From Eledone cirrhosa (Eukaryota), in contig OZ024744.1 of assembly GCA_964016885.1 (NCBI GenBank), forward strand, positions 70,990,001 through 71,054,000: a DNA stretch of 64,000 bases, written 5' to 3'. Below the pieces are notes generated by a model. That model had not been told where the DNA came from. It searched no databases and saw only the letters and a list, made by a program, of their open reading frames with translations. The first letter of the stretch is position 1. Each line of letters starts with the position of its first letter. Positions 1 through 12,339 of this stretch are shown piece by piece. The position numbers and the translations under genes were made by a program.

Positions 1-2152
1 AGTGTGTCAGAGATAGTTGTGATGTCATTGGAGAGAAGTGTATCCGGAATGATAAAGGTGAGCTTGCCCTCACAAGTGCTGAGAAGAAAGATGCATGGAA
101 GAGTCATTATGATAGATTACTAAATGAGGAGAATGCATGGGAAGAAGAGACCCTACCCCACGTAGACCCTATAGAGGGACCAGCAGTACAAGTCAGCGGC
201 AGCGTAGTAAGTAAGGCAATCAGAGATATGAAGATAGGGAAGGCAACCGGTCCATCGGGTATAGCTGCCGAGATGCTGAAGGCATCTGGGTCTGTAGGTC
301 ACACTATAACCACACGTATTGTTAACCAGGTAATACTAGAGGGGGCCATACCAAAAGATTGGTGCAGTAGCATCATTGTCAACTGCTACAAAGGTAAAGG
401 CGATGCACTAGATAGAGGAAACTATAGAGGTATAAAGTTGATGGACCAGGTCATGAAAGTAACAGAAAGAGTTATAGCACAGCTGATTAGGGACCGGGTG
501 AATATAGACGAGATGCAATTTGGGTTTGTTCCAGGGAAAGGCACCACTGATGCGCTCTTCCTTGTGAGGCAATTACAGGAAAAGTACCTAGCTAAAAGTA
601 AGCCACTCTACTTGGCATTTGTCGACCTTGAGAAAGCCTTTGACAGAGTTCCACGTGCAGTAATCTGGTGGGCTCTTAGAAAACTAGGAGTAGATGAATG
701 GCTTGTGAAAGCGGTACAAGCCATGTATAGGGGAGCAGTCAGCAAAGTTAGGATTGGCAATGAGTATAGCGAGGAATTTAGCGTACAGGTTGGGGTCCAC
801 CAGGGCTCTGTTCTTAGCCCTCTCCTGTTCATCATAGTCCTGCAGGCAATAACGGAGGAGTTTAAGACCGGATGCCCATGGGAACTCCTGTATGCTGATG
901 ACCTCGCACTCATAGCTGAATCTATGGTAGAACTAGAGAATAAATTCCAAACCTGGAAGCAGGGACTAGAGAGAAAGGGCCTCAAAGTCAACATGACAAA
1001 GACTAAGGTCCTTATAAGTAGACGAGAAAACAGAACCCAGATCCCCTCAGGGAAATGGCCTTGCTCAGTATGTAGGAAAGGTGTAGGTAGGAACTCCATT
1101 CTTTGCCCCAAATGCAAACAATGGGTACACAAGAGATGTAGCGGGATCTCAGGAAGCTTAATTAAGAATGTAGGATTCACATGCAGCAGCTGTGCTGAAA
1201 CAGCAAGCAAACAGCCACAGGAAACAAGTACCACCAATCTCTGGGAGGGCCCTGTAGAAACAGTAGACAGCTTCTGCTACCTAGGTGACCGAATTAGCAA
1301 CGGAGGTGGGTGCTCAGAAAGTACAATAACTAGGGTAAGAACGGGATGGAAGAAGTTTAGGGAACTACTACCACTGCTAGCTGCAAAAGGCTTCTCCCTC
1401 AGAATGAAAGGCAGACTGTATGATGCGTGTATCCGAACAGCGATGTTGCATGGTAGTGAGACCTGGGCGCTGAAGGTGGAAGACTTACGTAGATTAGAGA
1501 GAAACGAAGCCTGCATGCTCCGATGGATGTGTAACAGTAATATACGTGAACGACAAAGCATAAATGAATTGAGAGAGAGACTGAGCATAAGAGGAATCAA
1601 ATGCTGCGTGCAGGAGAGGCGGTTACGCTGGTATGGACATGTGATGCGTATGAAGGATGACAGCTGCATAAAAAGGTGCAGAGCACTAGAAGTTGATGGA
1701 AACCGCGGAGTGGGGAGACCCAAGATGACTTGGGATGAGGTGATAAAAGCCGACCTTACCCAACTACACCTCTCAAAGTCAATGACACACGACCGTGACT
1801 TCTGGCGTCACGCAGTAATACAGGGTACCCGACCTCCCATGGGTACATGCTGAAGCATATAAACAATATGCCCCCCCCCCACCGCAAGGTGGTCGTGGAG
1901 GTGCCACGGCAAAAAAGCACCCAGCCCACACTGTAAAGTGGACGTGTAGGCGCCACGAAAAAGCACCCAGCACTCACTGTAAATGAGGTTGGTGTTAGGA
2001 AGGGCATCCAGCTGTAGAAATCAAGCCAGATCAGTTCCTGTATGAGCAAGGCATGGTCAGCCGACCAGACACTGCCCACAACAGGACAACCCGTCTAACC
2101 CATGCTAGCGTGGAAGAACGGACGTAAAACGGTGATGATGATGATGATGATG
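1..2152 (+). mobile_element. RTE-clade LINE, 3' portion (5' end outside window), with 3'UTR and (ATG)n tail
   Basis: Stop-free frame from base 3 to 1853 with RT motifs (NYRGIKL, QFGF, FVDLEKAFD, GVHQGSVLSP, LLYADD, FCYLG) and RTE C-terminal motifs (MLHGSETW, RLRWYGHV, GRPKMTW). The 3'UTR ends ...CGGACGTAAAACGG(TGA)n. Confidence 0.95.
3..1853 (+). CDS. RTE LINE ORF: reverse transcriptase with inserted PHD-like Cys/His finger (5'-partial)
   Basis: The ORF track gives 228-1853; reading upstream by hand shows the frame is open back to base 3 (CVRDSCDVIGEKCIRNDKGEL...). Finger CSVC-x11-CPKC-x4-H-x2-C...CSSC lies between YADD and FCYLG. Confidence 0.92.
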   Translation, partial: CVRDSCDVIGEKCIRNDKGELALTSAEKKDAWKSHYDRLLNEENAWEEETLPHVDPIEGPAVQVSGSVVSKAIRDMKIGKATGPSGIAAEMLKASGSVGHTITTRIVNQVILEGAIPKDWCSSIIVNCYKGKGDALDRGNYRGIKLMDQVMKVTERVIAQLIRDRVNIDEMQFGFVPGKGTTDALFLVRQLQEKYLAKSKPLYLAFVDLEKAFDRVPRAVIWWALRKLGVDEWLVKAVQAMYRGAVSKVRIGNEYSEEFSVQVGVHQGSVLSPLLFIIVLQAITEEFKTGCPWELLYADDLALIAESMVELENKFQTWKQGLERKGLKVNMTKTKVLISRRENRTQIPSGKWPCSVCRKGVGRNSILCPKCKQWVHKRCSGISGSLIKNVGFTCSSCAETASKQPQETSTTNLWEGPVETVDSFCYLGDRISNGGGCSESTITRVRTGWKKFRELLPLLAAKGFSLRMKGRLYDACIRTAMLHGSETWALKVEDLRRLERNEACMLRWMCNSNIRERQSINELRERLSIRGIKCCVQERRLRWYGHVMRMKDDSCIKRCRALEVDGNRGVGRPKMTWDEVIKADLTQLHLSKSMTHDRDFWRHAVIQGTRPPMGTC

Positions 2153-2213
2153 AGAGAGAGAGAGAGATATATATATCATGATAATGATATATATATATAT
2201 ATTTGTGTGTATT

Positions 2214-2247
<34 letters not shown>

Positions 2248-2560
2248 TATATCATCATCATCACCACCGTTTTGCATCTATTTTCCATGCAAGCGTATAA
2301 ATGTATGTATATGCTCATACACATGCACACACACACAGATACACATATGCGTCAGCATGCTGAAAGAAATTCTAGTACAGTAAATAGCACAACTGGGCAT
2401 TTCACATATATTACGTAGAATACTTTCAATACAATAGAAACAACACCGAAATATTACTCTGCACATACCCAAGGCACACATAACTACATTTGGTAGAATA
2501 GTGGTACAGCACACAATAAATATAAAATCAATTGGGAACAAAAATATAAAAAAAAAAATT

Positions 2561-2720
2561 TTAGAAATAGAAGCTTTCGCCGTATTTTTGACTAAAGAAA
2601 TTTTAGCCTGAAAGTGGGGTTTAGAACCCTCTAAGAAATGGAAAAAGATGAGTATTGACGTATGTATTATCAGGCTAAAATTTCTTTAGTCTAAAATACG
2701 GTGAAAGCCTCTATTTCTAA
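2561..2720. repeat. Fold-back palindrome, ~51-bp arms and ~58-bp spacer; both arms end at CTGA
   Basis: TTAGAAATAGAAGCTTTCGCCGTATTTTTGACTAAAGAAATTTTAGCCTGA (2561-2611) versus TCAGGCTAAAATTTCTTTAGTCTAAAATACGGTGAAAGCCTCTATTTCTAA (2670-2720). Confidence 0.9.
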
Positions 2721-2799
2721 TTTCAAACTCGTTCTGTTTCAAAACGAACTTGCTTATTAAAAAAAAAAAAAAATTTAATCTAAAAGTAAAAATGACATC

Positions 2800-2842
<43 letters not shown>

Positions 2843-2888
2843 TCAACAGCAACAACAATAATGATAATTATTATAATATATCAATTAC

Positions 2889-3007
2889 TTTCTATCTGTG
2901 AGTACTTTATAGACAGACTGCATCATCTGCATGGTATATCTTTCTTTACAGAACATTATTCCATCAATGCAGACCTGTGGAATGTCAAATTTCTTCTTCT
3001 TGAAAAA
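2889..3007 (-). CDS. SPATA4: SPATA4-like, coding exon 3 (FFKKKKFDIPQVCIDGIMFCKERYTMQMMQSVYKVLTDR+2 nt)
   Basis: 119-nt exon with acceptor ...atcatttcag and donor gtaatt. It starts in phase 0, matching the end of exon 2. The peptide aligns from memory with SPATA4 [21 protein letters not shown]...VYTLLTHR. Confidence 0.85.
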
Positions 3008-4409
3008 CTGAAATGATAAGTAGAAACTGCTTAGCTCGAAGTTCTCCTCAGGACATAATCAAATTCATGTTGCAATAACCTGCACTCTGGACAAATGGCC
3101 TTGAGTTCCATCTCTCTACATTACATCTTGAACGCAATTGTCATTTATCATAACCTCAAGTTGACCTATGCTGTGTGAGTGAAACTGAGTAGGTAGCTAC
3201 TGTTTAGAAGCCCATCAGTTGGACTGTACCTGTAATTTACAGGGGCCAGCCTTGTCACACACTGCGTCACACTGATTCTTCCTAAGGATTATATTAAGGT
3301 TACACATGCCTCTGGAAAACTCAGCCGTTTACATGTTGATTTCATTAGCTAACTGTTTCATTGATCAGATAACAAAAAGGTTGAAAATTTCATGTATCTT
3401 CTCCAGGGCTAACAAATGCAGTTAGCTCCTGCTTCCCCGTTAAAAAAGAGATAGCTGCTGATACAATAGTAGTTAGTTTAGTTATCTGAGATAATGCTCC
3501 AACCACACAACATACACATGTAGATCATATTCTTGACCATGCCCCCCCCCACTCTTGTCCACATGGCGCCCCCGCAGTATTGCCATGCCCTAGGCCTAGA
3601 GTCCATCACCCTCCTCCTTCCCCCTCCCCATTCTTCTGTGACCCTAGAGCCCTTGCCTTTCCCTTCCTTTTCCATTTTCATAACCACAAAGACACTTTAA
3701 TTGTTTATAATAAAGTTTTTGATTGTCACAGACATTGCTGAGTTATATTAGACATACAAAAAAAAAAAAAAAAATTTAGAAATGTCTTTGTGATTTTACT
3801 GTAGATGAGAAACAACCAGAAACATGGGTGCAGAAAGATTAGTTAAGTGTGTTAACAGAAATGAATGTGCACAGTGAGGTTTGACAGGAACACAGGAGAC
3901 GAGAAGAATACAACAGGGTAATCATCATCATCATCATCATCACCACCACCACCACCACCACCACCATCATCATCACCACCATCATCGTCATCTTATCGTA
4001 ATCACCATCATCATCATCATCATCACTATTCAACATCTATTTTCCATGCTTGCATGGGTTAGACAGGTTGTAAACATTATGAGACAAGTTTGGTCAGGTG
4101 ACCACATCTTGCTCATACGGAATTGTATTTTGGCTTGGTTTCTACAGCTGGATACCCTTCCTAATGTCAACCACATTACAGGATAGACTGGGTATTTTTT
4201 ATCATGACACCATCAAACAGGGTGAACTGGGTGGGTTTTTGTTGGGTCACAAGCACAACCACTTTGCAGGGTGGACTGGGCCCTTTTTGTTATGTTGCCA
4301 GCATGACCACCACACAGGGTGGACTGGGAGCCTTTTGTTGTGCCATTAATGAAACAGAGCTGTTTGTTTTAAAGTGTTTATATAGTTATCTCAAAACTTC
4401 CTAACATAA

Positions 4410-4623
4410 TTTTATGTAAGAAGCAGTGAAGAAGAATTCCCTCACTTCTTTCTCTTCAAACTGGCTGTAACTGGCCACTCATACTGACATTAAGGTATTG
4501 TTCTCAAAATGAATAACATTTAAATCTCGTAGATAGGCTATTATGTGAGATAATTATGTAAGAAAAGCCTTTGTCACAAAATACAAAAATATGTATAGAG
4601 TAATGTAAATGTTAAAGGGTTAA
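4410..4623. mobile_element. Partial TTAA-type (piggyBac-like) MITE
   Basis: Same body as 30429-30657; ends AATGTTAAAGGG-TTAA. Confidence 0.7.
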
Positions 4624-4957
4624 GTTATGTTCCAAATACCAGCTTAATAACGAATAATGAGAAAGTTGATTATATTATTCAATTAATTATTTGAAAATCA
4701 TAGGCAGTATTTTATATTAGAAATAAGGGAAAGAAAGGGTTAATTTCTGTGTTTCAATGGAACCTAACATATAATGTCCTAACTTTCATCCCATATACAA
4801 TGTCTTATTTTGCTCAGATTTAAAATGAGGAGAGAAAAATGTATCTGTTAAAAAAAAGATTTCAAAAAAAATTAAAAAACAATCAAACTATTTGTAATAA
4901 TCACAAAACCATCTCCCAAACAAAAATATCAACATAAAACATATAATAGATAGATAC

Positions 4958-5087
4958 CTTAGACAACTCTTGCCAATTGTGAAGTCTAGAATATAATGAT
5001 AAGCCTTTGCTGTAGTATGTCATCTCCACTTCAAATGGGTAATACCTGCTAAATATCTCTGCTATTAAATATCCATTTGCAAGGTCC
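4958..5087 (-). CDS. SPATA4: SPATA4-like, coding exon 2 (calponin-homology domain core: DLANGYLIAEIFSRYYPFEVEMTYYSKGLSLYSRLHNWQELSK)
   Basis: 130-nt exon with acceptor ctactcttttcag and donor gtatct. The first base completes the TG|G (Trp) codon begun in exon 1. It matches the SPATA4/SPEF1 CH signature D-x-x-NG-(F/Y)-LIAEIF-x-x-YYP ... L-x-NW-x-x-L-x-K. Confidence 0.92.
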
Positions 5088-5261
5088 CTGAAAAGAGTAG
5101 AGACAGAGCTAGTAAATAAATCACTTAGATGAGGTGTGTAAGAAAGGAATCACAAATGACATATTTGTGACAAGTGTTGTTCCTCAGTCATTTCTCAATG
5201 CGAAACAAGAAGGATGTGTTGTCCATGTTAGGACACATGCACTGAAACACCGAGCTTTGAA

Positions 5262-5690
5262 AACCGGTTCCATTCATTTTGAGCGAAATTAATTTTTAGC
5301 GAAGTCATTTTGAGAGAAGTTATTTTGAACAAAACATTAAGAGTGAACAGTAATTTCAGCGAAGATTAATTTTTATTCTTTCTAGAATTAATTTTTTAGA
5401 TTTTAAACGTTGTGAATTTTTAGTTCTTTCTACCATAAAATGTGCCGATTTTTAATAATATTTTATTCACCCATTGTGAAGGTGTAATTATTTGTACAAA
5501 AAAATTGTAAATTTCTAGTATATTTTTATTTTTATCAACTTCGCACAAAGTGTCTTTAAAAAAACAGTTTGAGGTTCGCTCAAACCAACATTGCTTAATA
5601 GGTATTGCTCAAAAGGCACATAATTTTTAACTTTTTAACTCAAAATGAATTTGCTCAACTGGACTTCGCTCAAACGACTGGACACATTGA
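5262..5690. mobile_element. Foldback-like MITE with arrays of short subterminal repeats in inverted orientation
   Basis: The left end repeats TTTTGAGCGAA-like ~15-mers and the right end repeats TTCGCTCAAA-like motifs (reverse complement), around an AT-rich core. Confidence 0.6.
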
Positions 5691-6184
5691 AATGGCATAC
5701 CTGCAGAAATACCCCAACTTCTACGGGGATGATGACTGTGATAGTGATAGCAACATTGATGATATTGATGATGAAGTGGTGTTGGCAACTTTCATTAGAC
5801 ACATTTTTCTGCAACTTATCTCCTTAGGGGAGCTGCAATCTTTAGGGATCCAGCACTGTCTGACGATTGAGTGTCTGGCATCTAGAATGCTGCCATGCAC
5901 TTGTGGCACTCTACCAACTGAATAAAACAACCTGTGCCTTGAAAACAATGATCACTGAAATATCATAATGGACATACACTGAAAAAAGAATAACGTGCTG
6001 GGTTGGGTGAGGCCTGGAAAATCAATGACCGCATTCTCTGCTGTTCTTCTCCAGAGTGGTGGTGACTAATGTGCAACTGGGATGACAACAATGACAATAA
6101 CACTTACATCAACAACCATCAACTGTTCCAAAGAAAATACTGTCTTTGAGAAGTGGAACATCCCCACCTCCTATGCTTGTAGAA

Positions 6185-6995
6185 GCTTACACATGAATTT
6201 ACCAGATACACATGGGAAGTCTTAGGGCTGGCTGAAGTCAGGGGGATAAAACTTACCTTGGCCTTTTCTGCCATGATGAAACTGAATATCATATGGAAAA
6301 ATAACTCCATTTGTTTTCCAACAAGGCCCAGATTGTACAAATCCCTGATTTCTATCCTTCTGCATGAGTGGTGTAAGAGTTAGATTCTTACAGCTGACAT
6401 AGAATGAAGAATTCAGTCATTCAAGCACAAGTGCTTCAGAAATCTGTTACATATCCCACACAAACAACTTTGTCAGGCAGCAAGTCAATAAATATCCTAT
6501 CAGTCAGGAACTACTCCTTGTGATGGTAAAGAGACAGAAGCTTGGTAGCTATGGTCACATCCCAGAACTTCCTGTCAAAAACCATCCTTCAGAGTACATT
6601 TAACCCTTTACCATTCACATTACTCTATATATACTATTGTATTTTCATGGTAAAGGCTTTACCTCACATAATTATCTCACATATTTGAATTATGTGATTT
6701 TTATGTCATTTATTTTGAGAACAATACATTAACATCAGTATGAGTGGCCAGTTACAGCTGGTTTGAACAGAAAGAGGTGAGAGAATTCTGGCTGGATACA
6801 GTCAGTTTAAATGCTAAAGGGTTAAGGTAGAGTGAAGAAAAGGCAAAGAAATAAAATCCTAACCTGGCATCAAGAACTGGACAGGTCACAACACCATATC
6901 CCTTCTACACATAATCACGTCAAGAGACTAATGGTGACTGCTAATTACAAAAATATCTATAGTGGCAACCCAATAGCTGGTTGCACAAACAGCAA
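6185..6995 (+). mobile_element. Degenerate RTE-clade 3' fragment interrupted by a TTAA MITE
   Basis: Remnant motifs (YGHI, SKTILQ) continue across the MITE into an RGRQRK-like remnant after 6825; many stops. Confidence 0.55.
6600..6825. mobile_element. piggyBac-type MITE, complete
   Basis: TTAA-CCCTTTACCATT ... AATGCTAAAGGG-TTAA: TIRs with a TTAA target duplication. Confidence 0.88.
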
Positions 6996-7039
6996 AAGTT
7001 TGACGATGATAATGATGATAATGATATTGTTATTGTTGT

Positions 7040-7975
7040 TGTTATCCAACATTTACTGAAGAACCACCACCCAGAGAAGTTTTGAAAGAAGACTTTATAA
7101 CAGAAGGTAAGCAAGCATTCAACAAAGCCTTTAGAGAGAAACAAGAATAAACATGGAAGCAACAGGTTCTTCGTGGCAAATTTCCAGCTGTCATTAAAGA
7201 CATTGCTGACCCTACGTCTTGGCTTGGGCTTAAGTCAGGTTGCGTTAAAAAGAGCACTGAGGTCATTATTACTGCCACACAATACCAGGCACTCAGAACC
7301 AATTGGGTGAAAGCTAATATCGATGGAAAAAAATTGCTCCCCACTTTGCAGAGTATGACATAAAGCAGACAAATCTGTGGCACATTTGCTAGTGGGTCAG
7401 AGCAACTAGCAAAAATATGTTATAAAATCCGATATGATCTTATAGCAAATAGAGTCCATTGGGAGTTGTGCATAGAAAGGCAATGTCAGTGTTATGAACA
7501 TACTCCTCTTGAATCCTGCCAATCAGGTGAGGGAGTAGAGTTATTTTAGGACCCTGAGATGAAGACCACAAACAAAGACCAACACAAGTGCCCTGATGTT
7601 GTTGTAAAAACAAACAACCACCTAAAATGGACTCTGATTGATACTATAATCTCCAAGAAAATGGAAAAGATCAATAAGTAGACCTTGTAGGTGCTATAAG
7701 AACTGGGCACTATGTAGAAACAGAAGTTGTGCCAATCGTCATTGAGGCACTAGGCACAGTGACTAAACGTCTTATGTCTTTCATCAAAGGCCTTGGGATC
7801 CCTGACTTCTTAGGCAGTATCCAAATTTCTACCATCACTAGCACTGCCAGAATCCTGTGTGATATATTAAGCCTCTGAGATCAGGAACTGATCTGAGGCC
7901 AATTAACATGCTACACCTAGCAACCGATTGATAGAAAAACCTTACAGAAGGTAAAAAAATTATTATTAATATTAT
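7040..7975 (+). mobile_element. Degenerate R4/Dong-like (RLE-encoding) non-LTR retrotransposon 3' fragment
   Basis: Remnant peptides WKQQVLRGKF, QALRTNWVKANIDG, RVHWELC, VVPIVIEALGTV, STARILCDILSL*; AT-rich tail. Confidence 0.65.
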
Positions 7976-7999
7976 TTAACCTCCCTCTCTTTTATCTTG

Positions 8000-8430
8000 G
8001 ATGGTGGTAGAGCGTCAGACAACATGCTTTGCAGCATATAGTTACGGCCATTTACAGTCTGAGTTCAAATCCCGCTGAGCTTAGTTTTGCCTTTCATCCT
8101 TATATAGGGTCGATAAAATAAAGCACCAGTAATGCACTGGGGTCGATTTAACCCTTTAGGATTTACATTACTCTGTATTTACTATTGTACTTCTGCAGTA
8201 ATTATCTCATAATTATCTCCCATAATATCGAATCTATGAGATTTTGGTATTATTTATTTTGAGAACAATACCTTGACATCAGTATGAGTAGCCAGTTACA
8301 GCCAGTTTGAACAGAAAGAGGTGAGAGAATTCTGGCAGGATATGGCTGGTTTAAATGCTAAAGGGTTAAAGGACTTTCCTCTCCCCTAAAATTGTTGGCC
8401 TTGTGCCTAAATCACATCAGAAACCATTAT
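8000..8430 (+). mobile_element. tRNA-derived SINE split by a TTAA MITE
   Basis: B-box-like GAGTTCAAATCCC, then the core TTTGCCTTTCATCC...GGTCGATAAAATAAAG(C/T)ACCAG; the SINE resumes after 8369. Confidence 0.8.
8148..8369. mobile_element. piggyBac-type MITE, complete, inserted into a SINE
   Basis: TTAA-CCCTTTAGGATT ... AATGCTAAAGGG-TTAA, at the TTAA of the SINE motif GGGGTCGATTTAA (uninterrupted version at ~33236). Confidence 0.88.
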
Positions 8431-8434
8431 TATT

Positions 8435-8625
8435 TACGGTGAATTGGCAGTATCGGTAGAGGGTCGGACATGCTTTCCAGCATAGTTATGTCCCCTTATG
8501 ATCTGAGTTCAAATCCTGCCGAGGTTAACTTTGCCTTTCATCCTTACGGGGTCGATAAAATAAAGTACCAGTAATGTACTGTGTAATTGCTGGCCTTGTG
8601 CCAAATGTAGAAACAATTATTATTT
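8435..8625 (+). mobile_element. tRNA-derived SINE (dominant family). Other copies at ~9000(-), 13945(+), 14330(-), 14575(-), 15440(-), 17600(-), 31760(-), 33990(-), 54790(-), 56435(+), 56580(-), 62897(+)
   Basis: A-box-like TGGCAGTATCGGTAGA, B-box-like GAGTTCAAATCC, conserved core, tail GCCTTGTGCC...AGAAACAATTATT. Confidence 0.85.
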
Positions 8626-9394
8626 ACCTTAATCACCATGGAATTTCGTTTCTCAATAAATTTTATGCTTTTCCTCTGATAGGGATATGTTATGTTTCTT
8701 GGTAATTTTGTTAAGAAGCTAATACAGATTACAAGAGAATGTTAATGCCAAGAAAATTAACAATTTTGTAAATTTATGTTGTTGATTTTTTTTTTTTTTT
8801 AAAGGAAAATGGTTGCCTGAAAAGCCATAACGATGTTTGGAGAAAATGAAGAGTTTTCTTGAATTGTTAAATATTAAAACAAACAGCTATATGATCACCT
8901 TGACAACAAATTACTTTAAGATCATTGGTTTCTACCACCTATTTAACGTCACAGTTGCAGCAGCAGCAACAACAACAACAACATCATCAAGAAGGGCAAG
9001 AGTAATTGTTTCTACTTTACGCACAAGGCCAGCAATTACCCAGTGCATTACTGGCACTTTATTTTATCGACCCCGTAAAGATGAAAGGCAAAGTCAACCT
9101 CAGCGGGATTTGAAGAAGGGCAATAGTAATGGAAGGGCAATAGTAATGGAACAAGCAACAAGTTCACATACTTATTTTTGAAAGGAAAAGATTTTCTGAG
9201 CCTGTTGGTTTCAAGGTTTGATAACAAAAACAACAAGAACAACAGCAACTTGCAACAACAACTTCAACAACGACAAAAAAAAAACACTAATGATAAAAAG
9301 AAAAAAAAAGGACAAAAAAAAAAACTGAAAAATAATAAAAACAATAAATAACTGCAAACATCAATTCAGCAGCAATAAGTCAATCAAACATTAG

Positions 9395-11500
9395 AAAATC
9401 AACCACCACCACTATCACCAACAACACCACCACCATCACTATCACCAACAACACCACCATCACCACTATCACCAACAACACCACCATCACCACCATCACC
9501 ACCATCACCCGCAACACCATCACCACCACCGTCTCCAACAAAACCATCAACAACACCACCACCACCACTATCACCAACAACACCACCATCACCACCATCA
9601 TCTGCAACACCATCACCACCACCGTCTCCAACAAAACCATCAACAACACCACCACCACCACCACCACCACCACTATCACCAACAACACCACCATCACCAC
9701 CATCACCTGCAACACCATCACCACCACCGTCTCCAACAAAACCATCACCAACAACACCACCACCAACACCACCACCATCACCAACATCACCATCACTGAC
9801 AACACCACCACAATCACTGATAATACCACAACCACCACCATCACCAACACCACCTACAACACCAACAACACCATCAACACCACCTACAACACCAACAACA
9901 CCAACAACAACACCATCAACACCACCACCAATACCACCACCACCAACAACAACAACAACAACAGCAACAACACCATCACCACCAACACCACCACTACCAT
10001 CACCAACGAAAACGACCACCACCACCACCACCACTACCACCAACACCATCACCAATAACACCATTACCGACAACACCACCACCACTTACAACAACACCAC
10101 CACCAACACCATCACCAACACCAACAACACCGCCATCACCAACTCCACCACCACCACCAACAAGAACACCACCACAATCATCACCAACAACACCACCACC
10201 AACAGCAACACCACCAACTCCAACACCACCACCATCACCAACATCACCATCACTGACAACACCACCACCATCACCAACACCACCTACAACACCAACAACA
10301 CCAACAACACCACCACCACCACCAACTCCAACACCACCACCATCACCAACGGAACCAACAAAAACACCAACAACACCATCACCACCAACATCACCAGCAA
10401 CACCACTGCCACCATCATCACCAACAACACTAACACCACCCATACCAAAGCCACCACCATCACCATCACCAACAACACTACCACCATCATCGCCACCACC
10501 ACTATCACCAACACCACCGACGCCTCCACCACCATTAACAACAACACTACCACCACCTTCGCCAGCAACACCAACGACGACCACCATCAATAACACCAGC
10601 ACCAACACCATCACCAACACCACCACCACCACCACCACCACCAACACCATCAGTAACACCACAAATAACAACACTACCACCATCACCAACAACACCAGCA
10701 ACCACCACCATCACCAACAACACCAACACCAACACTAACACCATCACCATCACCAACACCAACACCACCACCACCACCACCACCAACACCATCAGTAACA
10801 CCACAAATAACAACACTACCACCATCACCAACAACACCAGCAACCACCACCATCACCAACAACACCAACACCACCACCAACACCATCACCAACACCACCA
10901 CCACCACCACCACCAACACCATCACCAACACCATCACCAACACCACCACCACCACCAACACCACCAACACCACAAATAACAACACTACCACCATCACCAA
11001 CAACACCAGCAACCACCACCATCACCAACAACACCAACACCAACACTAACACCATCACCAACACCATCACCAACACCACCACCACCACCACCACAAATAA
11101 CAACACCACCACAATCACTGATAATACCACAACCACCACCATCACCAACACCACCTACAACACCAACAACACCATCAACACCACCTACAACACCAACAAC
11201 ACCAACAACAACACCATCAACACCACCACCAATACCACCACTACCACCATCACCAACAACACCAGCAACCACCACCATCACCAACAGCACCACCACCAAC
11301 ACTAACACCACCACCAACACCATCATCAACACCAGCACCAACACCATCGCCAACACCAACACCACCACCACCACCATCACCACCACCACCGCAGCTATCA
11401 TATTCTCTGCAACTGTGAGATCTGTAACAGGTTAACAGACAACAGCAGCAATCAAAATTTCAACAACAACAATAACAACAGCTACAGCACAAGAACAACA
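9395..11500. repeat. ~2-kb (CAC/CAA/CAT)n low-complexity tract with higher-order duplications
   Basis: Almost G-free plus strand. A ~140-bp unit containing CCACAAATAACAACACTACC recurs at 10620-11100, and ~9800-9940 is repeated at ~11100-11240. Confidence 0.9.
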
Positions 11501-11619
11501 GGAGGAACAAGAAGAATAAGCTTGTCAAACAAATCCAACACTACAAACTGAAATAATAAGATTTAAAAAAAAAGAGAACTCATAAGTAACAAAGGAAGAA
11601 AACTTTTACTCGCTGTGTT

Positions 11620-11939
11620 GCATGCATGCATGCATGCATGCATGTATGCATGCATGTATGTATGTATGTATGTATGTATGTATGTATGTATGCATGTATG
11701 CATGCATGTATGTATGTATGTATGTATGTATGTATGTATGTATGTATGTATGCATGTATGTATGTATGTATGCATGCATGCATGCATGCATGCATGTATG
11801 GTGCCGTAACTCCTGATAGAGTTGTGGGGACGCTGTATTGACATACAGCGTTTCATGGGCATTTTAAAGCCTGTCGGAGTGGGAGTCCATCGCTCTCCGG
11901 GCCTGTGTACAGCAGATTTTTTCCACAGAATGATAGAAA

Positions 11940-12029
<90 letters not shown>

Positions 12030-12222
12030 GAGGAAATGAGAAAGGGATACAGAGGAAGAATCGACCCCAGTACTAGACTAGCACTTTTTTTTTATCGACC
12101 TTGAAAGGATGAAAAGCAAAGTTGACTTTGGCAGGATTTGAACTCAGAGAGCAGAGAATCTGAATGAATACCATAAAGTATTCTATCCAACGTTCTAATG
12201 ACTCTACCAATTTGCTGCTTGG
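11620..12222 (-). mobile_element. SINE variant with internal (TC)n and a (CATA/CATG)n tail; related copies at 14810-15110 and 59640-59940
   Basis: SINE head and core at 12055-12222 (reverse), (GA)n at 11943-12032, shared tail CTCCTGATAGAGTTGT...CTCTCC(A/G)GGCCTG, then (ATGC/ATGT)n at 11620-11800. Confidence 0.7.
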
Positions 12223-12339
12223 CAAGAAGTCATACAGATGATCAAAGAGTACATTGCTTCATAAGTACCAAAACCATGAAACTTGTACACAATACACCAG
12301 GTCTAAACACAAAAGAACCAAACTCCCATTGTCACTGCC

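Noticed and set aside
608-1723. Antisense ORFs over the RTE (likewise 52095-52637 over Penelope)
   Set aside because: Shadow frames of the real coding strand with no motifs.
9380-11401. Long Val/Gly/Asp-rich ORFs (and Pro/Thr mucin-like frames on plus)
   Set aside because: Translations of a trinucleotide-based low-complexity tract; frames shift freely and there are no splice signals or domain.
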